From positions 3,530-67,529 of the forward strand of contig CALWKA010000003.1 of NCBI GenBank assembly GCA_944381155.1: a stretch of DNA of 64,000 nucleotides, read 5' to 3'. Below the pieces are notes generated by a model. The model ran no database searches and was not told the origin of the DNA. It worked only from the letters and a program-made list of their open reading frames with translations. Positions 38,963 through 46,292 of the stretch are shown piece by piece (the first letter of the stretch is position 1; each line of letters begins with the position of its first letter). The translations under genes were made by a program, and so were the position numbers. Source of the DNA: an uncultured Clostridia bacterium. GTDB lineage: Bacteria; Bacillota; Clostridia; Christensenellales; UBA1242.

Positions 38963-39175
38963 TGTGGATTGATGTGGAGTAATGTAAAAATTTATATCCA
39001 TATCTTTTCGCAAAACTCTTCTTTTGCGAAAAGATATGTGAAAACTTGGTAAAATTCTTGTGGAAATCATATAATTTATCCACCGATACGATTTTATAAT
39101 CGTTTGTTTGACATATTATGACAAACTATATGTTTAGTTGTCCACATATAGTTGCGTTTGTTTCTAATATACACA
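38963..39175. promoter_or_regulatory. cluster of DnaA-box-like 9-mers
   Basis: Boxes compared with TTATNCACA. Minus-oriented: 38963-38971 (CAATCCACA), 38973-38981 (TACTCCACA), 39059-39067 (ATTTCCACA). Plus-oriented: 39076-39084 TTATCCACC, 39138-39146 TTGTCCACA, 39167-39175 ATATACACA. Confidence 0.4.
38999..39038. repeat. perfect 17-6-17 palindrome (candidate tyrosine-recombinase core / dif-like site)
   Basis: CATATCTTTTCGCAAAA (38999-39015), CTCTTC spacer, TTTTGCGAAAAGATATG (39022-39038). The arms match the 21-bp inverted repeats at 39557 and 41986 in 14 of 16 nt. Confidence 0.9.
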
Positions 39176-39227
39176 ATTGCTTCATTTTAATAATTAATTA
39201 TAAAAATATATACTTCATTATGCCAAC

Positions 39228-39249
39228 AAGATATCATTAAGATATCATT
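39228..39249 (+). repeat. perfect 11-bp tandem duplication
   Basis: AAGATATCATT x2, each unit containing GATATC. Confidence 0.9.
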
Positions 39250-39520
39250 TTAAAATTGATTAATTTAATTCTAATTCAAAAACTACTGACATTTTTTTGA
39301 TTGTAGATGACCAATTACCCATCTTTTAAAAATTGAATTCGTCTCAGCGCATTCTAGCAAATCATTAATTAATTCTTCTTACCTATTTGCTTTTATAAAA
39401 AATTAGTGTTTATTAATAACGATTAATTTTATTTTATTAAAACAATTTATAGAATAATTTGTTTATTGATTATATTTTGCATTTGATATGATTATATCAA
39501 ATATAATGTCTAATATGGTT

Positions 39521-39551
39521 ATTATATGTCATTTTTGTTTGAAATTGTCAA
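39521..39551 (-). promoter_or_regulatory. orphan sigma-A-like promoter firing leftward into the ORF-free island
   Basis: On the minus strand TTGACA (39551-39546), 19-nt spacer, TATAAT (39526-39521); no ORF of 60 aa or more lies downstream. Confidence 0.3.
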
Positions 39552-39556
39552 AATTT

Positions 39557-39577
39557 ATATCTTTGCGTAAAAAACTA
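39557..39577 (+). repeat. left 21-bp inverted repeat (IR-L)
   Basis: ATATCTTTGCGTAAAAAACTA; its exact reverse complement is at 41986-42006. Confidence 0.95.
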
Positions 39578-39604
39578 TTTTTGGTTTGAAAACTTAATTT
39601 TTCA

Positions 39605-39635
39605 TAAAAAATAATTCCCAATTTTGAGAATTATT
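39605..39635 (-). terminator. rho-independent terminator of the 181-aa membrane protein gene
   Basis: AATAATTC (39610-39617) pairs with GAATTATT (39628-39635); on the minus strand it is followed by TTTTTT. Confidence 0.65.
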
Positions 39636-39671
39636 AAAAATTATAATTGATTTTTTATAATAAATTTTAAT

Positions 39672-40217
39672 TTACAATTCTAGCGTATCATCTTCAGTAT
39701 TTTTCGATTCTTTAGCCCTATATTCTTTCCTTTCTTTTTTGGAAAATTCTGAAAATGGTTCAACAATTTTTTTAGTTTTAGCATTTGGATTATTATAGTT
39801 TAATATTACTTCTTCCAAAGAATTTTTATTATCAAAAGAAAATCCATATTTTGTCAATTTTTTGTGCTCTTTGATAATTGTTTTTATTCTTTCTATTCCC
39901 CCACTCTTTTTGAATTCTTTGTACGCATTATGTGAAATTCCATATTTATTCAATGTTTGAGATAATCTATTTTCACCCATAATAGACAATGCAAATTGAG
40001 CAATCAATACTGGAAGACAAAACAAAAGTGCGACAAATGGATGACTAAAAATTGTTAAAATAGAAAATCCGCCGACAATAATTGCCAATGGAATATATTT
40101 TACCAAAGAAATGAATTTTTCGCGAGAAATAATATCTTTGTACATATTATAATCATTTTCATCTATCTCTTTGACATTTGTTTTATTGTATAGTGCATCA
40201 TATATATTTTTATCCAT
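39672..40217 (-). CDS. hypothetical two-TM membrane protein (181 aa)
   Basis: AAAGGA SD, own promoter and terminator; two adjacent hydrophobic helices and a Lys-rich C-terminal tail; no recognisable family. Confidence 0.6.
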   Translation of the reverse strand: MDKNIYDALYNKTNVKEIDENDYNMYKDIISREKFISLVKYIPLAIIVGGFSILTIFSHPFVALLFCLPVLIAQFALSIMGENRLSQTLNKYGISHNAYKEFKKSGGIERIKTIIKEHKKLTKYGFSFDNKNSLEEVILNYNNPNAKTKKIVEPFSEFSKKERKEYRAKESKNTEDDTLEL

Positions 40218-40243
40218 ATAACAATCCTTTGTTTATGAGTTTA

Positions 40244-40272
40244 AGTTTATCACGGAAAGTTTATATTGTCAA
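40244..40272 (-). promoter_or_regulatory. sigma-A promoter of the 181-aa gene
   Basis: On the minus strand TTGACA (40272-40267), 17-nt spacer, TAAACT (40249-40244). Confidence 0.5.
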
Positions 40273-40278
40273 TACGCA

Positions 40279-40312
40279 TAAAAAAATTAGGTCATAATGT
40301 CTATGACCTAAT
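40279..40312 (-). terminator. rho-independent terminator of serS
   Basis: 10-bp stem ATTAGGTCAT/ATGACCTAAT (40286-40295 and 40303-40312), followed by T7 on the minus strand. Confidence 0.8.
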
Positions 40313-40374
40313 CAAAAACAAAATGCTAAATTTTCATTAAATAATGCAATTTTTTTATTATAATCATCATATTA

Positions 40375-41661
40375 TTATTTTTTTGGTTTAATGACCTTTG
40401 TACCACCCATATATTGCCACAATACTTTAGGAATCGTGACTGAACCATCTTTTTGAAGGTGATTTTCAACGAATGCAATTAACATTCTAGGTGGTGCTAC
40501 AACGGTATTGTTTAGAGTATGAGCAAATTTATTGCCTTTATCTGTTTTATATCTAATGCCCAATCTTCTAGCCTGTGCATCTGTTAGATTGCTACAAGAA
40601 CAAACTTCAAAATACCTTTTTTGTCTAGGACTCCAGGCTTCGACATCAAGACTTCGATATTTCAAATCTGCCAAGTCGCCCGAACAACACACGAGTGTCC
40701 TTACCGGGATTTCCATAGACACAAACAATTCTACTGAATAATTCCACATTTTATTGTACCAATCTTCGCTTTCTTCAGGTTTGCAAATTACAATCATTTC
40801 TTGTTTTTCAAACTGATGAATACGATAAATTCCGCGTTCTTCCAAGCCGTGAGCGCCCTTTTCCTTTCTAAAACAAGGACTATACGATGTTAAAGTTATA
40901 GGCAATTTTTCTTCAGGTATGATAGTATTCATAAAACGACCAATCATTGAATGTTCACTAGTACCAATTAGATATAAATCTTCACCTTCAATCTTGTACA
41001 TCATATTGTCCATTTCTTCAAAACTCATCACACCTTTTACTACATCGCTACGAATCATATAAGGTGGAATTACATAAGTAAAACCTTTATTTATCATAAA
41101 ATCGCGCGCGTAAGCAAGAATTGCGCTGTGAAGTCTGGCAATATCTCCTGTGAGATAATAGAAACCTTGTCCAGAAGTTCTTCTCGCACTATCTATGTCC
41201 AACCCGTTTAAATTTTCAAGGATATCAGTGTGATAAGGAATTTCAAAATCAGGCACTTTTGGTTCCAAAAATGTTTTACCTTGCACATTAAATCTATCAT
41301 CTTCTCCTATAGGAACATCATCTGCAATAATATTTGGTATGCTCATCATAGCTTGTTTAATTTTGCTGTCAAGGTCAGCGACTTCTTTTTCAATAACATC
41401 AATACGCTCATTATTTTCAACAACTTGCGCTTTAATTTTATTAGCTTCATCAATTTGCTTTGATTTCATTAATGCGCCAATTTGTTGCGACAAAACATTG
41501 CGTTTAGCACGCAATTCGTCGCCTTCTTGTTTTAAGACGCGGACTTCAGAATCCATTTTAAGCACATCATCAACTAAATGAAGTTTGTGATTTTGGAATT
41601 TCTTTTTTATGTTTTGCTTTACTAAATCTGGGTTTGTTCTAATCAAATTAATATCAATCAT
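40375..41661 (-). CDS. serS: serine--tRNA ligase
   Basis: N-terminal coiled-coil arm, class II motifs (FRKE, GTSEH, R.L.AF.EN.Q..DG); ATG 41661 follows a GGAGAA SD. The ORF track starts 33 nt upstream. Confidence 0.95.
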   Translation of the reverse strand: MIDINLIRTNPDLVKQNIKKKFQNHKLHLVDDVLKMDSEVRVLKQEGDELRAKRNVLSQQIGALMKSKQIDEANKIKAQVVENNERIDVIEKEVADLDSKIKQAMMSIPNIIADDVPIGEDDRFNVQGKTFLEPKVPDFEIPYHTDILENLNGLDIDSARRTSGQGFYYLTGDIARLHSAILAYARDFMINKGFTYVIPPYMIRSDVVKGVMSFEEMDNMMYKIEGEDLYLIGTSEHSMIGRFMNTIIPEEKLPITLTSYSPCFRKEKGAHGLEERGIYRIHQFEKQEMIVICKPEESEDWYNKMWNYSVELFVSMEIPVRTLVCCSGDLADLKYRSLDVEAWSPRQKRYFEVCSCSNLTDAQARRLGIRYKTDKGNKFAHTLNNTVVAPPRMLIAFVENHLQKDGSVTIPKVLWQYMGGTKVIKPKK

Positions 41662-41677
41662 AATTTCTCCTTTTAAA

Positions 41678-41910
41678 TAAAAAATATCACCCACAAAAAA
41701 TACAATTTAGAGGTGATATTTACCACTGTGCCACTCTATTTGAGCGCTAAACGCCCCACTCATTATTTGCAAATTGTGCTATGCAATCAGCCTCGCATTA
41801 CCGAGTGTCTCGGGGGTAGACGCATAAAATTTCAGTGATTTGCTTTCACCAACCGCAAACTCTCTCGCACCTAGATAATATGCTAGTCCCTATCATCGAC
41901 ATATTAAACT
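41678..41910 (-). promoter_or_regulatory. T-box riboswitch leader (Ser, UCU specifier) controlling serS
   Basis: On the minus strand: K-turn GA motifs, GAGAGAG bulge, GGTGAAAG distal loop, specifier GCG-UCU-A. The T-box sequence GAGTGGCACAGTGGTA overlaps the 5' arm of the terminator ATATCACC...GGTGATAT + T6. Confidence 0.85.
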
Positions 41911-41916
41911 AATTCA

Positions 41917-41945
41917 ATTTTAGAAAAATCATAATGATTTGTCAA
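41917..41945 (-). promoter_or_regulatory. sigma-A promoter of the serS T-box leader
   Basis: On the minus strand TTGACA (41945-41940), 17-nt spacer, TAAAAT (41922-41917). Confidence 0.6.
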
Positions 41946-41985
41946 CTTATTTTCATTAAAAATTATAAAATTATTCAAAAATCAT

Positions 41986-42006
41986 TAGTTTTTTACGCAA
42001 AGATAT
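41986..42006 (-). repeat. right 21-bp inverted repeat (IR-R)
   Basis: The plus strand reads TAGTTTTTTACGCAAAGATAT, the exact reverse complement of 39557-39577. Confidence 0.95.
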
Positions 42007-42014
42007 GATATAAT
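42006..42014 (+). promoter_or_regulatory. extended -10 promoter of the recombinase gene, abutting IR-R
   Basis: TGaTATAAT; the T of TG is the last base of IR-R. An AGAGGA SD and ATG 42034 follow. Confidence 0.45.
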
Positions 42015-42033
42015 AAAATTATAAAGAGGAATT

Positions 42034-43080
42034 ATGTCAAATAATTATTATCTTGATAGAAACAGAAAAAATATGCGTAAATTGAATGAGTTATTGACCG
42101 AACTACCGCCATTTTGTAGTACATTTTTCATCGCAATTCAAGACACCACTACCCCACTTACGCGATTGAATTATGCAAGTGATTTGAAAACATTTTTTAA
42201 CTATTTAGTGACATACGAAACGATATGTTTTAATAAAAAGATAATAGATATTACAACTAATGTTATTGACAAAATTGATTCGTATCTAATTGAACGATAT
42301 ATGGCGTATTTGTCTTATTATGACAAAGATAATGGCGAAGTTATCACAAATGGTGAGCGTGGGAAATTGCGCAAATTGTCTAGCCTTAGAGCATTTTTCA
42401 AATATTTATTCAACAAAGATATGATCAAAGCCAATGTTGTTTCAAAAGTTTCTTCTCCTAAATTACACGAAAAACCAATCATTCGTTTAGAGCCACAAGA
42501 GACAGCTGAATTGCTCTACTCTTGTGATACATTGTCTGGATTTTCGAACCATCAGCAAAAATACAATGAAAAATTCAGAATTCGAGATAACGCGATTTTA
42601 TCTCTGTTTTTGACAACAGGTATTCGTGTTAGTGAATGTGTGGGATTAAATGTAGATGATATAAATTTTAATCTCAACTCTTTCCGTGTTACGCGAAAAG
42701 GTGGAAATCAAGTTATTTTATATTTTGGTGAAGAAACAGCGGATATTTTGAAAGAATATTTGCACTATCGTGAAAGTTTAAATATACCAAAAGAAGAACG
42801 CGCACTTTTCATTTCTAGTCAGGGCAAGCGTTTAGGCGTGCGTGCAATTGAATATTTAGTAAAAAAGTATGCTAAAGTTGCAACGCCGTTGAAAAACATT
42901 ACCCCACATAAATTGCGTTCAACATACGGCACAAATCTGTATAATCAAACAAAAGACATATATATTGTGGCAGAAGTATTAGGTCATAAAGATGTGAATA
43001 CCACCAAAAAACACTATGCAGCAATCAGTGAAGATATCAGGAAATCTGTTGCAGGCAAAGTAAAATTGAAACAAGATTAA
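42034..43080 (+). CDS. tyrosine site-specific recombinase, XerS-like (Xer/phage-integrase superfamily)
   Basis: Catalytic set present: GIRVSE (R), VTRKGGN (K), HKLRST (HxxR), LGHKDVNTTKKHY (H, Y). At 348 aa, its size and the VTRKGG / TPHKLR blocks resemble streptococcal XerS as I remember it. Confidence 0.8.
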   Translation: MSNNYYLDRNRKNMRKLNELLTELPPFCSTFFIAIQDTTTPLTRLNYASDLKTFFNYLVTYETICFNKKIIDITTNVIDKIDSYLIERYMAYLSYYDKDNGEVITNGERGKLRKLSSLRAFFKYLFNKDMIKANVVSKVSSPKLHEKPIIRLEPQETAELLYSCDTLSGFSNHQQKYNEKFRIRDNAILSLFLTTGIRVSECVGLNVDDINFNLNSFRVTRKGGNQVILYFGEETADILKEYLHYRESLNIPKEERALFISSQGKRLGVRAIEYLVKKYAKVATPLKNITPHKLRSTYGTNLYNQTKDIYIVAEVLGHKDVNTTKKHYAAISEDIRKSVAGKVKLKQD

Positions 43081-43108
43081 ATACACTTTATATTGTGTAT
43101 TTATTTTA
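43079..43108 (+). terminator. rho-independent terminator after the recombinase gene
   Basis: AAATACAC (43079-43086) pairs with GTGTATTT (43095-43102), then a T-rich tail; overlaps the stop codon. Confidence 0.6.
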
Positions 43109-43272
43109 TATAATTACACTATATTTAGATATCTAAAAAATAGTATTATATTATTAATCAGTTAACAATAAGATATATGAAGTTAAATTTATTCAATGGT
43201 AAAATAATTAAAAATAATAGTTAAATAGTATTTTAATTTATAATTATAAAAAAATAAAAATTATAAAAATAT

Positions 43273-43297
43273 CGAACAAATGTTTGACAAATGTTTA
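43273..43297 (+). promoter_or_regulatory. LexA (Cheo) boxes overlapping the lexA promoter
   Basis: CGAACAAATGTTTG (43273-43286) matches CGAAC-N4-GTTYG; a second degenerate copy TGACAAATGTTT follows at 43285-43296. Confidence 0.75.
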
Positions 43298-43313
43298 AAA
43301 ATTTTGTTATACT
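43284..43313 (+). promoter_or_regulatory. sigma-A promoter of lexA
   Basis: TTGACA (43284-43289), 18-nt spacer, TGtTATACT (TATACT 43308-43313). Confidence 0.6.
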
Positions 43314-43331
43314 ATGTTAGGAGTTGAATAA

Positions 43332-43919
43332 ATGGACAAAACATTAGAAACTTACAACTTTATTGTTTCATATTTAGAAGATAAAAAATACCCCCCTACC
43401 ATTAGAGAAATTTGTGATAGACTAAATTTAGATTCTACATCAAGCGTGGTTTATCATTTGAAAAAATTAGAAAAAATGGGTAAAATAACCCGCTCTGTGA
43501 ACAAAAATCGCGCCATAGAATTAGTTGATAAGTCTGCAAATAACAATATATCATTGCCTGTAGTTGGACTCATCGCCGCTGGTCAACCAATTTTAGCTGA
43601 AGAAACTTTGATGGACAAAGTCATTGTGTCTGAAAATTTATTTTCTGGCACAAATATGTTTGTATTGAAAGTTAAAGGCGATAGTATGATAAATATAGGC
43701 ATATATAATGATGATTTGGTCGTGATATCAAAACAGTCAGTCGCAAACAATGGCGAAATTGTCGCTTGTTTAATAGATAATGAAGCAACGGTTAAAAGGT
43801 ATTATAAAGAAAATGGTTATTTTCGTTTACAGCCCGAAAACTCGTTTATGCGCCCTATCATTACTGATCACATTGATATTCTAGGGAAAGTGGTAGGATT
43901 AATTAGAAATAAATTTTAA
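43332..43919 (+). CDS. lexA: LexA repressor
   Basis: wHTH N-terminus (PPTIREI), AAG cleavage site (LIAAGQP), S24 peptidase Ser/Lys (VKGDSM ... VKRY). Confidence 0.93.
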   Translation: MDKTLETYNFIVSYLEDKKYPPTIREICDRLNLDSTSSVVYHLKKLEKMGKITRSVNKNRAIELVDKSANNNISLPVVGLIAAGQPILAEETLMDKVIVSENLFSGTNMFVLKVKGDSMINIGIYNDDLVVISKQSVANNGEIVACLIDNEATVKRYYKENGYFRLQPENSFMRPIITDHIDILGKVVGLIRNKF

Positions 43920-43922
43920 AAG

Positions 43923-43951
43923 ATTTATGCTAGATTTGGCATAAATTTTTT
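43923..43951 (+). terminator. rho-independent terminator after lexA
   Basis: ATTTATGC (43923-43930) pairs with GCATAAAT (43939-43946), then a T run. Confidence 0.7.
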
Positions 43952-43958
43952 ATTTCTA

Positions 43959-43987
43959 TTGACTAAATTGGCTTTTTACTATATAAT
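43959..43987 (+). promoter_or_regulatory. sigma-A promoter of the PadR-ABC operon
   Basis: TTGACT (43959-43964), 17-nt spacer, TATAAT (43982-43987); an AAGGGG SD precedes ATG 44010. Confidence 0.6.
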
Positions 43988-44009
43988 TAATATATTATTA
44001 AGGGGTATT

Positions 44010-45344
44010 ATGAGAACCGCAGATTTAATTCCATTAATTTTATTAGAATTAAATGAGTGTGACAAATATGGTTTTGAGTTGACTAAATCTATTGAAACAA
44101 AATCTAAAGGAAAAATCATAATTAAACAGCCCACTCTTTACACAATTTTGAAAAAGTTAGAGAAATCTAAATTTATTTCTTCGTATTGGCAAGATAGCGA
44201 TATTGGAGGCAAGCGCCATTATTATAGGATCACAGAAAATGGCAAAATGCAAGTCGCTACACTTCCCGATTATGAGAAATTGATTGAGAATATAGTTTTT
44301 GACGCCTCTGGAGATCAATTGTCATTCAAAGACGATTTTGAGGGTGACCAAAATTTTTCAACTGCAGAATCGGATGTTGATCAGCAGGCAAATAAAACTG
44401 ATGTTTCTAATGCAAATAATTATTCTTCTGTTTCAATTATGGATAGTATTATTGATGAACCATCTTCTTCAAATGATAAAATTAAGATAGAAGATACTGC
44501 CTCGCCTACCCTAAAAGAATCGATTATACCATCAAGTGAAGTCTTTGATGGAAATCATATTGACAATGCTACAGAAATGGAAATTAATCAATTGAATACG
44601 CAAGTTTTAAAAAATGATAAAATTAATGTAGAAGAAAAATTTGCAGAAAATAAAGATGTTTTAGAGTTTACCAAAAAGGAATCTACGATAATATCTGATG
44701 AATATAAAAAACAATTTACTGCAAACGCATCAAATGAAAGTACTAGAAATTCTACAAACATCACCAATCAAAATGAATCGTCAACTGCCACTCCTGTGTC
44801 ACTAGATTTTGACAATGACAATACATATATAAGCAATGAGCCATACAAAAAAATTAAATATGTTGATTTTGTAGACTTTAAAACGAATGCAAATTATATT
44901 TATGCAAAAAATACTGCTAGGAATATGAAAAACAGAGTATTTGCTTCTACCCTATATCTATTGGTGATGATCATCATTTCATCCGTTGTAGTTTCGTTTC
45001 AATCTAACACAAGACCGATTTATTATGTATCATTTTTAATCGCATTATTTATACTAATATTTTATCCTTCGATTTATGCTTGTTTTTATGATAGATTTAG
45101 GATGCATCTTCAAAACAATAAGTACGATCCCGATTTGAAAAAACAATTATATATATCTCTTGCAATTGAATTTTTGATTATTGTTGTGTGCGTAATCGTC
45201 AATGTGAATATTGGGAACAATACATTAGATAGTATGTTTAACATAAACAATTTTGCTAATCTCTATGCTCCAATATTATTATCTACTGTAATGTTTGCTG
45301 ATATTATATTTGCATATTTGTTTATCAAAAAATCTAAAAAATAG
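44010..45344 (+). CDS. PadR-family winged-helix regulator fused to a low-complexity linker and a four-TM C-terminal domain
   Basis: N-terminus LILLEL.E.DKYGFEL...I......I.QPTLYTILKKLE...I..YW......G.RHYY.IT..G is PadR-like. Residues about 110-330 are Asn/Ser/Asp/Glu-rich, followed by four hydrophobic helices. Confidence 0.75.
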   Translation: MRTADLIPLILLELNECDKYGFELTKSIETKSKGKIIIKQPTLYTILKKLEKSKFISSYWQDSDIGGKRHYYRITENGKMQVATLPDYEKLIENIVFDASGDQLSFKDDFEGDQNFSTAESDVDQQANKTDVSNANNYSSVSIMDSIIDEPSSSNDKIKIEDTASPTLKESIIPSSEVFDGNHIDNATEMEINQLNTQVLKNDKINVEEKFAENKDVLEFTKKESTIISDEYKKQFTANASNESTRNSTNITNQNESSTATPVSLDFDNDNTYISNEPYKKIKYVDFVDFKTNANYIYAKNTARNMKNRVFASTLYLLVMIIISSVVVSFQSNTRPIYYVSFLIALFILIFYPSIYACFYDRFRMHLQNNKYDPDLKKQLYISLAIEFLIIVVCVIVNVNIGNNTLDSMFNINNFANLYAPILLSTVMFADIIFAYLFIKKSKK

Positions 45345-45352
45345 GAGTTTTA

Positions 45353-46285
45353 ATGATACCTGTATTGAGTGTGAATAATTTGACCAAAATTTATGGGATA
45401 AAAAAGGTTGTAAACAATGTATCCTTCTCTCTTTTCCCTGGTCAAATTTTTGGATTCGTTGGACCAAATGGTGCTGGTAAATCTACTACAATACGAATGA
45501 TCACCGGACTCACTCCGATCACTAAAGGTAACATAAGAATATGCGGTTATAGTATCGAACGAAGTTTTGAACGCGCTATTTCAAATGTTGGCGCTGTGGT
45601 AGAAATTCCTCAACTATACCCTTACTTGTCAGGATTAAAAAATCTTAAATTGTTTGCGAGTTTTTATGGGAAATCTGCCACAAAAAGGATTCCAGAGATT
45701 GTAAAACTTGTCGGTATGGAAAACAGAATAAAAGACAAATTATCCACTTATTCATTGGGTATGAAACAAAGATTGGGAATTGCTCAAGCACTTTTAAACA
45801 AGCCTAAATTGCTGATTTTGGATGAACCCACTAACGGACTTGATCCTAATGGTATCGTTGAGATGCGAAACATTCTTAAAGCTTTGGCAGAAAAAGAAAA
45901 AATTGCGATTATTATATCGAGTCACAATCTTGCAGAATTAGAGCATACATGCGATGTCATTGGTTTGATAAACAATGGCAGAATTATTGAATATAAAACA
46001 ATGAAAGAAATCAGTAGCATAGTTGAATCAAGACAGCGAATACAATTCATTTGCAACTACCCTAATTATGCTGCGCTAATTTTGAAGCAAAAATATAATA
46101 TAACTTCAAAAGTCGTTGGAAATTCTGTGATATTACCATTAAAAGAAGCGAATATCGCAGTAGTGGTATCTTATTTGACATATAAAAAAGTTAAGATATA
46201 TGGCTTGAAAAAAATTCAAAAATCGCTGGAAGAATTATATTTTGAATTGCTGAATAGTGAGCGTCCGTCCACAAGTATAGTTTAG
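45353..46285 (+). CDS. ABC transporter ATP-binding protein (ABC-2/DrrA-like with a C-terminal extension)
   Basis: Walker A GPNGAGKST, signature LSLGMKQRL, Walker B LLILDEPT, H-loop SSH. Confidence 0.9.
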   Translation: MIPVLSVNNLTKIYGIKKVVNNVSFSLFPGQIFGFVGPNGAGKSTTIRMITGLTPITKGNIRICGYSIERSFERAISNVGAVVEIPQLYPYLSGLKNLKLFASFYGKSATKRIPEIVKLVGMENRIKDKLSTYSLGMKQRLGIAQALLNKPKLLILDEPTNGLDPNGIVEMRNILKALAEKEKIAIIISSHNLAELEHTCDVIGLINNGRIIEYKTMKEISSIVESRQRIQFICNYPNYAALILKQKYNITSKVVGNSVILPLKEANIAVVVSYLTYKKVKIYGLKKIQKSLEELYFELLNSERPSTSIV

Positions 46286-46292
46286 GAGAGTT

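Noticed and set aside
38927-39070. 47-aa minus-strand ORF (MISTRILPSF...) with a GGTGGA SD-like element, spanning the palindrome
   Set aside because: The peptide is short, basic and low-complexity. Its supposed SD is one of the DnaA-like boxes, and there is no independent support. It is mentioned only as something ribosome profiling could test.
38963-39660. DnaA-box cluster plus an adjacent AT-rich stretch interpreted as the chromosomal oriC
   Set aside because: Flanking genes converge on the site instead of diverging. No dnaA, dnaN or rpmH is nearby, and I could not pick out DnaA-trio or GC-cluster structure. It is kept only as a DnaA-box cluster of unknown role.
39578-41985. Extension of the inverted repeats beyond 21 bp (about 40 further nt align at roughly 70-75% with gaps)
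   Set aside because: Both flanks are more than 85% A/T, so that identity with gaps is not clearly above background. Only the exact 21-mer is reported.
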